Shown: one piece after another, positions 27,306 through 35,902 of the stretch | How positions within the stretch are numbered: the stretch's first letter is position 1 | Layout of the letters: the number at the start of each line of letters is the position of its first letter | Assembly: GCA_963977015.1 (NCBI GenBank) | Contig: CAXBMO010000011.1 | Coordinates: 123,844-187,843 of the forward strand | Direction of reading: 5' to 3' | DNA from: an uncultured bacterium | GTDB lineage: Bacteria > Verrucomicrobiota > Verrucomicrobiia > Verrucomicrobiales > DEV007 | Length of the DNA stretch: 64,000 nucleotides | Program-made: the position numbers and the translations under genes | The notes under the pieces: generated by a model | Databases searched by the model: none | The model's input: the letters and a program-made list of their open reading frames with translations, nothing else | What the model was told of the DNA's origin: nothing

Positions 27306-29984
27306 ATGTCTGAATTAAGCAAGGCCTATCAACCCACCGACGTCGAGGAAAAGTGGTATTCCCGCTGGACGGAGTCGGAGTGTTTTCGTGGAGACGAGGA
27401 GTCGTCGGAACCCGGATATTCGATCGTGATTCCGCCTCCGAACGTCACCGGGATTCTGCATCTGGGTCATGTGCTGAACAATACGATCCAGGACATCCTG
27501 GCGCGACGGGCCCGTCAGCAGGGAAAAACCGTGCTGTGGTTGCCGGGAACGGACCACGCGGGGATCGCGACGCAGAGCAAGGTGGAGCAGAAGCTGCGCA
27601 AGGAGGAGAGAAAAACGCGTCACGACCTGGGGCGCGAGGCGTTTCTCGAGCAGGTTTGGGATTGGAAGGAGAAGCACGGCGGCATCATCATCAAGCAGTT
27701 GAAGCGGCTGGGGTGTTCCTGCGATTGGAGCCGGGAGCGCTTCACGATGGATGAGGATTACAGCCGCTGGATCTCGAAGATTTTTGTCGATCTCTTCAAC
27801 GAGGGCCTCATTTATCGCGGCAAACGGATGGTGAACTGGTGCCCCAAATCGCTGACGGCGTTGAGCGATGAGGAGGTGATCATGAAGCCGCAGAAGGGCA
27901 AGTTCTACACGATGCGCTACAAGATCGTGGGCGATGAGGAGCGCTTTGTCGAGATCGGCACAACGCGACCGGAGACGCTGATGGGCGATACTGCAGTGGC
28001 GGTGCATCCCAAGGACAAGCGTTACGCGGACCTGATCGGCAAGGAAGTGTGGCGACCGTTCCCGAAGGCGAAAATCCCGGTGGTGGCGAGCGATCACATC
28101 GACATGGAGTTCGGCACTGGCGTGCTGAAGGTGACGCCGGCTCACGACAAGGTGGACTTTGAAATCGGGGTGAAGAACAACCTGCCGATCATCGATGTGT
28201 TCAACCCGGACGGGACGCTGAACGAACATGCGGGCGAGGAATTCGAGGGGATGGATCGTTTCGACGCTCGCGTCAAGGCGGCGGAGAAGCTGGATGAGAT
28301 GGGTCTGCTGGTGAAGGAGGAGGATTACGAGAACAACGTCGGGTTCAGCGAACGCGCCGATGTGCCGATCGAGCCGCGCATTTCGATGCAGTGGTTCATG
28401 AAGTATCCGTGCGTGGAGGAGGCGACGCAGGCCGTTGCCAAGAACGAGATCACGTTCCGCCCCGAGCGGTGGCAGAAGACGTATTTGCATTGGATGGAGG
28501 GGATTCAGGATTGGTGCATCAGCCGCCAGCTTTGGTGGGGGCACCAGATTCCGGTGTGGTATCGCAAGGACAAGGCGGAGGCACTCCAGAATGCGGAGTC
28601 GCTCGATATGTCGAACCTGGGCGAGGACCTCTATTGCGGGATCGAACCTCCGGAAGGGGAGGGCGAATGGACGCGCGATCCCGACGTGCTCGACACCTGG
28701 TTCAGCAGTTGGCTCTGGCCGTTCGCGACGATGCGCAACAGCGACGAGGAATCGACCAAGACGCTGGAGAAGTTCTATCCCACCACCGATTTGGTGACGG
28801 GGCCGGACATCATCTTTTTCTGGGTCGCGCGGATGATCATGGCCGGGTATCGCTTTCAGGGCGGCCTGCCGTTCAAGAACGTGTTCTTCACCTCGATCAT
28901 TCGCGACAAGAAGGGCCGCAAGCTTTCCAAGTCACTCGGGAACTCTCCCGATCCGCTTGATTTGATCGATCAGTTTGGAGCCGACGGGGTTCGGTTCGGC
29001 CTGATGCGGATCGCGCCGACGGGAACGGACGTGCGCTATGATGAGGATCAAATCGTCGAGGGACGCAACTTCGCGAACAAGTTCTGGAACGCGTGCCGGT
29101 ATCGCCAGATGCAGGGTGACGTGGATGTTGAGCCGGCTGCGCCTTCGATCTACGCGATCGATATTCTCGCGAAGCTGGAGGATCTCGAGAAGAACCTGGA
29201 GCGGGCCTACGGGAACTACAAGTTTAACGAGATTGCTCAACTGCTCTACGACTTTGTCTGGAGCGAATTTTGCGATTGGTATCTCGAATCGATCAAGGGC
29301 GACTTTGCCGAGGACGCGGATCCGGCCCGGAAATCCGCCACGTTGAAGACGATCGACAGCATCCTGCGTCGCGTCATCCAGCAGCTGCATCCTTACATGC
29401 CGCACATGACGGAGGAGTTGTGGGAGACGCTCGGCTTTGCCGAGGAAGGCGAGTTTTTGATGCTGAAGGCGTTGCCGGAAGGCTCCCCGTTGGAAGGGCT
29501 CGACGTGGCGACGGTCGAGCGTTCGCGGCGTCAGGCCGAAGCCGTCTATCACGCCGTGGGCCGGGCGCGGAATTTGAAGGCGGAATACAACCTCGCCTCG
29601 AGCAAAAGCGTGAAGTTCATCCTCGCGCCGAACGAGGATTGGGTGGGCGCCGAAGCGGACGTCTTTCGCAACTTGTCAGGTGCCGGCGAAGTCATCATCG
29701 ACAGCGATCACGAACCGGAAAAAGGCGAGCCGAGTGCGTTAACCGACATCGGCCGCATCTACATGCCCTTGGCCGGACTCATCGACGTCGACGCCGAGAA
29801 GAAGCGTCTTGGCGGCGAACTCGCCAAGGTCGAGAAAGAGGTCATGATCTGCGAGAAGAAGCTTTCCAACGAGAAATTCGTCGCCAACGCCAAGCCGGAA
29901 GTCGTCGCAAAAGAGCGGGAGCGGCTGGAAAACTGGAACACGCGCAAGGCGGAGCTTGGCGAAATGCTGGCGGCGTTGGAGTAA
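27306..29984 (+). CDS. valS: Valine--tRNA ligase
   Basis: PPPNVTGILHLGH, GTDHAGIATQ, TTRPET, DWCISRQLWWGH, DVLDTWFSSWLWPF, KLSKSLGN, C-terminal coiled coil; start ATG 27306. Confidence 0.98.
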   Translation: MSELSKAYQPTDVEEKWYSRWTESECFRGDEESSEPGYSIVIPPPNVTGILHLGHVLNNTIQDILARRARQQGKTVLWLPGTDHAGIATQSKVEQKLRKEERKTRHDLGREAFLEQVWDWKEKHGGIIIKQLKRLGCSCDWSRERFTMDEDYSRWISKIFVDLFNEGLIYRGKRMVNWCPKSLTALSDEEVIMKPQKGKFYTMRYKIVGDEERFVEIGTTRPETLMGDTAVAVHPKDKRYADLIGKEVWRPFPKAKIPVVASDHIDMEFGTGVLKVTPAHDKVDFEIGVKNNLPIIDVFNPDGTLNEHAGEEFEGMDRFDARVKAAEKLDEMGLLVKEEDYENNVGFSERADVPIEPRISMQWFMKYPCVEEATQAVAKNEITFRPERWQKTYLHWMEGIQDWCISRQLWWGHQIPVWYRKDKAEALQNAESLDMSNLGEDLYCGIEPPEGEGEWTRDPDVLDTWFSSWLWPFATMRNSDEESTKTLEKFYPTTDLVTGPDIIFFWVARMIMAGYRFQGGLPFKNVFFTSIIRDKKGRKLSKSLGNSPDPLDLIDQFGADGVRFGLMRIAPTGTDVRYDEDQIVEGRNFANKFWNACRYRQMQGDVDVEPAAPSIYAIDILAKLEDLEKNLERAYGNYKFNEIAQLLYDFVWSEFCDWYLESIKGDFAEDADPARKSATLKTIDSILRRVIQQLHPYMPHMTEELWETLGFAEEGEFLMLKALPEGSPLEGLDVATVERSRRQAEAVYHAVGRARNLKAEYNLASSKSVKFILAPNEDWVGAEADVFRNLSGAGEVIIDSDHEPEKGEPSALTDIGRIYMPLAGLIDVDAEKKRLGGELAKVEKEVMICEKKLSNEKFVANAKPEVVAKERERLENWNTRKAELGEMLAALE

Positions 29985-30054
29985 CGAATACGACGACTTG
30001 ATTCGGGATTTCGAAAAGCTTGACGCTGCTCATCGAGTTGCCTAGCTTCAGCAA

Positions 30055-31116
30055 ATGGTGCGATCTTCTACGTCAGGTTTGGGATTCCCAGGGATTCGAA
30101 AGAGATGGGGTTTTCTCATGTTCTTGGTCTTGACTGTGGGGACGACGTGGTCGGAATCCACCAATATTTCCTTGGAAACATTGCGTGAGCAATACGAGAA
30201 AAAGTTGGAGGAAGTGCGGCGACCCGTCGTGAATTTGCAGGCGCGTTACGAGCAGGAATTGGAGAAGTTAAAACAGGTTACCCAAAAGAGCGGAGCGCTC
30301 GACCGGGTGTTGAAGATAGAGACAGAACGTGATTCTTATCTTCAAAACAAAGAAGTCGATCTTTCATCGTTTCCGGAATTGGAAAAGCTTCGAGCGACCT
30401 ATGACATGGCCATGAACCGGGTCATGCCAGACGTTCGAAATGATGAGGACAAAGTGACCGCCATTTATGTGCAACAATTGGAGGCGCTAAAAAAACAGCT
30501 AACGCAGCAGGGGAAGATGAAGGAGGCATTGGAAGCTGATCAAGCGATCCAATCTATCGAGGCGCTGAAGAACGAACTGCGGATTGTCGAGCAACGTTCT
30601 GCAAATCCCCGAAGAAATGAAAAGGTCGCTTGGGAGTTGATAGGGAAAGACGACTACGAAACTTCCGGGGCACTCGAGATCGAGGAAGAGGGCCCCGTTT
30701 TTAAGCTCCGTACACCGGGTGACGAGGCTTGGATTCAATCCAAAGTTTCCATGAAATCACCCTACCGAATCGCTCTTTCTTGTGCCACCGACTCTACCAA
30801 TATCAGAATTTATTTTGGTCAATGTCGTCTGATATTTAATTGGGAAGTCAGACCGGATCAACTGCGTTTTTGGGACCGCCTTAGCTCTAATCCCGTGCAA
30901 CCGGTTGACGGAAAAGGAAAGGTTTCGGTAGGAGACGTTCACGACTTTAGTATCGAAGTCACAGATAAAAAGATCGAAGTCTATGTTGATGGCCGTAAGC
31001 GAGCATACTTTGAGGGTGACTACTCCAAGCTTGAGGGACCGGTAGGAGTGGGGCCTGCGCATGGCAGTGTCGTCACGATAGAATCGTTTGGTGTTTTGGT
31101 GTCGAAAGACTACTGA
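30055..31116 (+). CDS. Exported hypothetical protein (coiled coil + ConA-like beta-sandwich)
   Basis: Hydrophobic N-terminus, long E/K-rich helical region, C-terminal beta-rich IEVYVDG region. Confidence 0.7.
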   Translation: MVRSSTSGLGFPGIRKRWGFLMFLVLTVGTTWSESTNISLETLREQYEKKLEEVRRPVVNLQARYEQELEKLKQVTQKSGALDRVLKIETERDSYLQNKEVDLSSFPELEKLRATYDMAMNRVMPDVRNDEDKVTAIYVQQLEALKKQLTQQGKMKEALEADQAIQSIEALKNELRIVEQRSANPRRNEKVAWELIGKDDYETSGALEIEEEGPVFKLRTPGDEAWIQSKVSMKSPYRIALSCATDSTNIRIYFGQCRLIFNWEVRPDQLRFWDRLSSNPVQPVDGKGKVSVGDVHDFSIEVTDKKIEVYVDGRKRAYFEGDYSKLEGPVGVGPAHGSVVTIESFGVLVSKDY

Positions 31117-31311
31117 TGGAAATGAGGCAATCGATTCTCGTGATAGCCATTTTTCTTTCCCATAGTTTGGTTGCTTGAACCGTCTTAGACTCGGAGATTG
31201 AATCTCGATTCAGCAACGAGGCTGAACGCCCAACAACCCTAAACCAACCGAATCAAAACGACCTCCAATCCCGAAAGTGACTCCAACGCTGGAAAGCGGG
31301 TTGCTTCGTTT

Positions 31312-33459
31312 TTGTTGAAGTTCGGCAAGATCGGGGCGGTTGCCTTGGCCGTGAGTTGCTTTGTGCTGCGGCATCCGCGCGTTTTCCGCGTTCTCGCCGT
31401 GTTGTTGGCGATCCCGCTGATTGCCTTCTTGATCGGGTCGATTGTCTATCAGGCGCGCGTCGCGTTTTATCCGCTGGACCGGATCGAGGATTTTCGCGAG
31501 CGGACCCTGGTCCTGGACCGAAACGGAGAGCGGATCGGTCATGTTTATGGGCATGGCGCCAACCGGATGGTGGTGACGCTGGATGAGGTGTCGCCGCATT
31601 TTGTGAACGCGTTGCTGGCGCGGGAAGACAGCCGTTTTTACCGGCACGGCGGGGTGGACTACATCGGTGTGGCGCGGGCCGTGGTGCGCAATATCAAGGA
31701 GAAGCGCGTCGCCCAGGGAGCGAGCACCCTAACGATGCAGTTGGCGCGCAACAGCTTCGATTTGAGCGATCATGATCTGGATCGAAAGTTTCTTGAGGTG
31801 GCGTTGACCCGGCGGATGGAGCGGGAGTTCAGCAAGGACGAGATTCTTCAATACTACATGAACCGGATCTACTTTGGCTCGGGATTATACGGCATCGAGC
31901 GCGCGGCGGAAGGCTATTTCATGAAGCCGGCGGCGGATCTGACCCTGGCGGAGTCGGCGTTGCTGGCCGGGATCATCCGCGGGCCGAGCCGGTTCTCGCC
32001 CTTTCGTGATGAGCAGGCCGCGTTAGCCCAGAAACGCGAAACCCTTGCGCGAATGCGGCAACTGCGAATGATCAGTGATGAGGAGTTGGCGGCGGCTGAG
32101 TCGGCGGAGTTGGCGTTGCGGCCGGTTGATCAGCGACGCGCCTCACCAGGTTATGTGATTCAAGAGGTTTACGAACATCTGGATGGCTTTCTGGACGAGC
32201 AGCAGGTGAAGAGCGGCGGGTTGCGAGTTTACACCACGATCGATCGGCGGCTCCAGGAGGCTGCCCAGGCATCGCTTCGTGGGCATTTGGCGGAAGTGGA
32301 GCAACAGGACGGCTTTCCGCATCCGGCAATGGTGCCGGGCGAGCGTCAACGCGAGTCGGCTTACGTCCAGGGGGCAGTCGTGGCGATCGACAACGCAACC
32401 GGCGGGATCCTGGCCCTGGTCGGTGGTCGCGACTACGACGATAGCCCGTTCAATCGCGCGTTCGATGCGAAGCGCCAGGTTGGTTCCACCTTCAAGACCT
32501 TCGTGTATGCGCAAGCCTTCTCCACCGGGCTGAAACCGGGAACGCTGGTGAGCGATGGACCGATCAGCATGCGCGGAGGCAACGGACGGCGTTGGGAGCC
32601 CGGCAACTCCGATGGCAAGTTTGGTGGGCCAACTCCCGCGGCTGTGGGGCTGATTCGCTCGCGGAACACGATGAGCATTCGCGTCGGGGAACGAGGTGGG
32701 CTGGTGCCGACACTGCAGTTTGCCCATGCGGTTGGCTTTCCGGGCGATCTCCTGGAATCACCGGTCACCTATCTCGGCGCGTTTGAGAGCGACCCGCTCA
32801 CGCTGACGAGCGCCTACTCCATTTTCCCGAATCACGGAATCAAGCGCGACCCGTATTTTGTCGAGCGGATCGAGAATTCGGAAGGCGAGATCCTCTTTTT
32901 GCGGGCGAAACCGATCGATCCCCCGGTGGTGCTCGCACCTTCAGTCGCATGGATGACGTCCGATGTCCTCGCCAAGGTGATGGACGAAGGGACTGGCCGA
33001 GGCGCGCGAAATCTGGGCTACGAAGCACCGTGCTATGGCAAAACCGGAACGACCGATGAGTTTCGCGATGCCTGGTTTGCCGGTTACACCGACAAAATCA
33101 CCTGTGGCGTCTGGGTGGGGATGGATCGGCCGCGCACGATCGTCTACAAAGGTTATGGCAGCACCTTGGCGTTGCCGATCTGGACGGGCGTGATGAAGGC
33201 GGCGGAGGAAACCGAGTTTGCGGCTGCCCCGCTCGAATCCCCGGCTCCCCTGGTCGAAACCATGCTTTGCCGTGAGTGCGGCCTGCTCGAAAGCCGCCGC
33301 TCGGTTGATCCGTATCTGTATGCGTTGCCGCGCGATCTCGTCCCGACCTCGGCTTGTACGGGCCATCTCGGCCGGTCGCTGGCGGGTGGAAGGGGGGAGG
33401 AGGCCAACCCGATTCGCTCGATCGGGCGTCTCCTGTTTGGTCGCAAAAAGAAGGACTGA
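31312..33459 (+). CDS. Class A penicillin-binding protein (PBP1A family)
   Basis: Transglycosylase motifs EDSRFY.H.G, GASTLTMQL, RK..E; transpeptidase motifs STFK, SRN, KTGT. Confidence 0.93.
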   Translation: MLKFGKIGAVALAVSCFVLRHPRVFRVLAVLLAIPLIAFLIGSIVYQARVAFYPLDRIEDFRERTLVLDRNGERIGHVYGHGANRMVVTLDEVSPHFVNALLAREDSRFYRHGGVDYIGVARAVVRNIKEKRVAQGASTLTMQLARNSFDLSDHDLDRKFLEVALTRRMEREFSKDEILQYYMNRIYFGSGLYGIERAAEGYFMKPAADLTLAESALLAGIIRGPSRFSPFRDEQAALAQKRETLARMRQLRMISDEELAAAESAELALRPVDQRRASPGYVIQEVYEHLDGFLDEQQVKSGGLRVYTTIDRRLQEAAQASLRGHLAEVEQQDGFPHPAMVPGERQRESAYVQGAVVAIDNATGGILALVGGRDYDDSPFNRAFDAKRQVGSTFKTFVYAQAFSTGLKPGTLVSDGPISMRGGNGRRWEPGNSDGKFGGPTPAAVGLIRSRNTMSIRVGERGGLVPTLQFAHAVGFPGDLLESPVTYLGAFESDPLTLTSAYSIFPNHGIKRDPYFVERIENSEGEILFLRAKPIDPPVVLAPSVAWMTSDVLAKVMDEGTGRGARNLGYEAPCYGKTGTTDEFRDAWFAGYTDKITCGVWVGMDRPRTIVYKGYGSTLALPIWTGVMKAAEETEFAAAPLESPAPLVETMLCRECGLLESRRSVDPYLYALPRDLVPTSACTGHLGRSLAGGRGEEANPIRSIGRLLFGRKKKD

Positions 33460-33464
33460 GGCGT

Positions 33465-34331
33465 TTACGGAGTTGCCGTCTCGTGGAGCGTGAAGCTCTT
33501 GCGGGTCTTTCGAGTCCGCAGAGTGAGCTCGGGCGATGGGGTTTCCGCCGAAGCGACGAACTGAAGCTCGAATCGATAGCTGCCCGGCTCGAAGCCTTTC
33601 CGGACGCGAAGAGACGAGCTGCCGCCATTCGTCTCCAAGCGGCCGAGCGTTTCGTTGTCGATCTTCAAAACGGAACCCGGTCCCGCCGAGAGGCGAAACT
33701 CGTAGTCGTCGGCTTGCGTGAGATTGAGGAGGCCCTCATAAACCACGACCGCCGGACGATCGAGATTCGCGAGGGGCTTGGCCGACAGGAGATTGGAGGC
33801 AATCCCGCCGGAGCGAAGCGGTTGATCGGAGCTTTTGATGTCGCCGCCAGCCTGATCAGCCGGGTAAAGCGTAAAATGGAGTTCAGAAAGAATCTCGGGG
33901 CTTAGCTTGGCGGCGAGCTCGGAGCGATGCCATGGAAGCGCTTGGTCCTGATACTGTTCGCGCCACGTGGCGACATCATCCGCAGAAACATCGCGAAGCT
34001 GGCCGCCGAACTCCTGGGTCGTGTATCGGACGATCTCCGCGATCTGAGCGTCGGAAAGAATGGCTTCGAGCGGCATCATTGGTTGGGAATACCGTGCGTC
34101 ATCTTTGGCGATTCCCTTGAGAATCAGCGCGGTCAGCAGCTCGGCCTGGTCGCCGGTCACGTATTTGGAAGTGTGGAGCGAGGGAGCCAGCCACTTGCTG
34201 TTCAGTTTCATCCCGAGACCGTCTTTTCCGTGGCAGGAAGCACAGATCAGATAGCTGCTCGAATCGGCGGTCAGGGCTCCCGGAAACAAGGTGGCGATGG
34301 CGGTGGCGATGAGGAAATTGGCGAGTTTCAC
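33465..34331 (-). CDS. Cytochrome c with PA14-like domain
   Basis: Signal peptide, CASCH haem motif, axial Met region (MMPL..LSDAQIA), PA14-like YEGLL...YEFRL. Confidence 0.8.
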   Translation of the reverse strand: MKLANFLIATAIATLFPGALTADSSSYLICASCHGKDGLGMKLNSKWLAPSLHTSKYVTGDQAELLTALILKGIAKDDARYSQPMMPLEAILSDAQIAEIVRYTTQEFGGQLRDVSADDVATWREQYQDQALPWHRSELAAKLSPEILSELHFTLYPADQAGGDIKSSDQPLRSGGIASNLLSAKPLANLDRPAVVVYEGLLNLTQADDYEFRLSAGPGSVLKIDNETLGRLETNGGSSSLRVRKGFEPGSYRFELQFVASAETPSPELTLRTRKTRKSFTLHETATP

Positions 34332-34565
34332 GATTCAAAAGGCGATTTTCGAAGCCGCTTGGAGGCCTCAAACGCCCCTGACGTTCAATCCAAATGAGCG
34401 GTTTTTGCAAAAAATCGGAAACGGAAGAACGCACCCCGGGCAAACGTAGATTCGACTGGCAGTCGAATCTGATCCTCAAGCGCATCAACCCAGCTCCCCA
34501 AAGCCCAGCCGCATCAATCGGCGAATGATCCGAGCAGAGAGCCGGAGGCTCATCCCAAACCTAGT

Positions 34566-34694
34566 CGGTCGGTGAAGCGAAGCGAAACCACCGGAAAAAC
34601 CGCCGTATTAGAATGCGTCCCGGCAGGGACGCTGGAAGCCTTCGACACCCACCCCTGAGACTCATGCTCCGGCGGACAGGATTGTCCGCGCTCC
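34566..34694. repeat. Cluster of short REP-like palindromes
   Basis: CGGTCGGT-GAAGCGAAGCGAA-ACCACCG; GCGTCCC-GGCA-GGGACGC (34615-34632); GCGGACA-GGAT-TGTCCGC-GCTCC (34672-34694). Confidence 0.55.
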
Positions 34695-34951
34695 TTGAAA
34701 AATCTCCGAACCTCCAATCTCAGCCGCATCAAATGGCTCAACCGGCGCAGCCAGCGCAAGAGCTTGACCTGGGAAAAGCTGTTAGCCCGGTGGGCCGCGG
34801 TGTGGCGACTGCCGCCCGCGAGGGTGGTGGAAGAAATCGACCCAGCCTGGCATCCCCGCCTTGCCTTATGAAAGCAACCCTGTCATCTTCTCACCCGATG
34901 GGGAGCCAACAGGACTTCAGAACCAAGCTGCGTGAACGTGCGCGATATTCC

Positions 34952-35027
34952 GACGTGGCCGGTGCGGGAAATCCGAACGCCGGGATCTATGAGGGTGGTG
35001 CTGGGCAACCGGTGCCCCTACCTTGTT
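34952..35027 (+). mobile_element. Degenerate group II intron 3' end (domains V and VI)
   Basis: ...GGCCGGTGCGGGAAATCCGAACGCCGGGATCT-ATGAGGGTGGTGCTGGGCAACCGGTGCCCCTACCTTGTT: DV-like stem with GAAA-type loop and DVI with GCAA loop and branch-point CCCTAC. The catalytic triad is degenerate and there is no RT ORF. Confidence 0.7.
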
Positions 35028-35049
35028 CGGTGGAGAGAATTAGAGTGCG

Positions 35050-35385
35050 ATGAAGGAGTTATTTCGAGAGAGGGATATCACTCGCGTTAGCTACTACAAG
35101 GCTGTCCTTGAAGGTTTTGGGATTCCCACGATGATTAGGAACGAGCATCTCACGATGTCTGGATTGTCGGAGATCCCAATTCCCGAATTTTTCCCGGCAC
35201 TCTGCGTTTTGAATGATGATGACTACCCAAAAGCAGTCGAGATCATTCGTGATCATGTGACAGGCTCCGACACCAGCTCTGAAGAGGAAGTCCCCTGCGC
35301 TGCCTGTGGAGAATTAAATCCTGCCAACTTCGGAAGTTGTTGGTCGTGTGGCAACCTGTTCGCTTTGAAAGATGGCCCACGATAA
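35050..35385 (+). CDS. DUF2007-like (putative signal transducing) protein with C-terminal zinc ribbon
   Basis: KAVLEGFGIPTMIRNE...P.LCV...DY.KA; CAACGE.NPANFGSCWSC. Confidence 0.8.
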   Translation: MKELFRERDITRVSYYKAVLEGFGIPTMIRNEHLTMSGLSEIPIPEFFPALCVLNDDDYPKAVEIIRDHVTGSDTSSEEEVPCAACGELNPANFGSCWSCGNLFALKDGPR

Positions 35386-35716
35386 CGTCATCTCAGATCA
35401 ACAACTCCTCAGGAAGCTGCAACGGGCTGCTCAAGTGCGTTCGATCTTCAGCATGTTGGCAATTCTTCCGTCCCTGGTGATTGGTGGCTTAATAGTGGGC
35501 GACTCGGGAAACGAAGGGCTATTGATTCTCATTGTCTTCGGAATCCCAATGCTCGTATCCGTGGGAATCACAGAATTGTATTGCAAGCGGATCGTGAGCT
35601 GCCCGTATTGCGGTGGGACTATGTGGAACTGTGGTACCGGAAATTTCAAGCCACGGCGAATGAAGCTTCGAAAAGATCGGGACGAATGCCCAAAATGTCA
35701 TGCGGCGATACAATGA
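35372..35716 (+). CDS. Small 2-TM protein with zinc-ribbon motifs
   Basis: Two hydrophobic helices, CPYC and CPKC; overlaps the previous gene's stop; followed by an attC-like site. Confidence 0.65.
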   Translation: MAHDNVISDQQLLRKLQRAAQVRSIFSMLAILPSLVIGGLIVGDSGNEGLLILIVFGIPMLVSVGITELYCKRIVSCPYCGGTMWNCGTGNFKPRRMKLRKDRDECPKCHAAIQ

Positions 35717-35720
35717 ATCA

Positions 35721-35843
35721 GCGAACAAGCCGAGGCACTCAAGCCCTGACCGCCACGACTCGAAATGACTTTTCTAATCCCGGCCCCTGATCGACGATTC
35801 TACCAGTGCTCACCATCCGGGCTGAGTGCTCTATGACGATCGC
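35721..35843 (+). mobile_element. attC-like integron cassette site
   Basis: GCGAAC-N8-GCACTCAAGCCC ... GGGCTGAGTGC-N8-GATCGC. The L-box arms pair with a single extrahelical base, spacers are symmetric, length is 123 bp, and the site starts 4 bp after a stop codon. Confidence 0.6.
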
Positions 35844-35902
35844 GGGAATCCAAGACACCGAACTCCAAACATAGCTTTGGGCGATAGCCCCGGTGCTACC
35901 GG

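Noticed and set aside
27315-28544. 409-aa minus-strand ORF
   Set aside because: Antisense shadow of valS, with no recognisable motifs.
34613-35053. 146-aa ORF in the intergenic region
   Set aside because: It runs through palindromes and the intron relic, with no protein-like features and no RT motifs.
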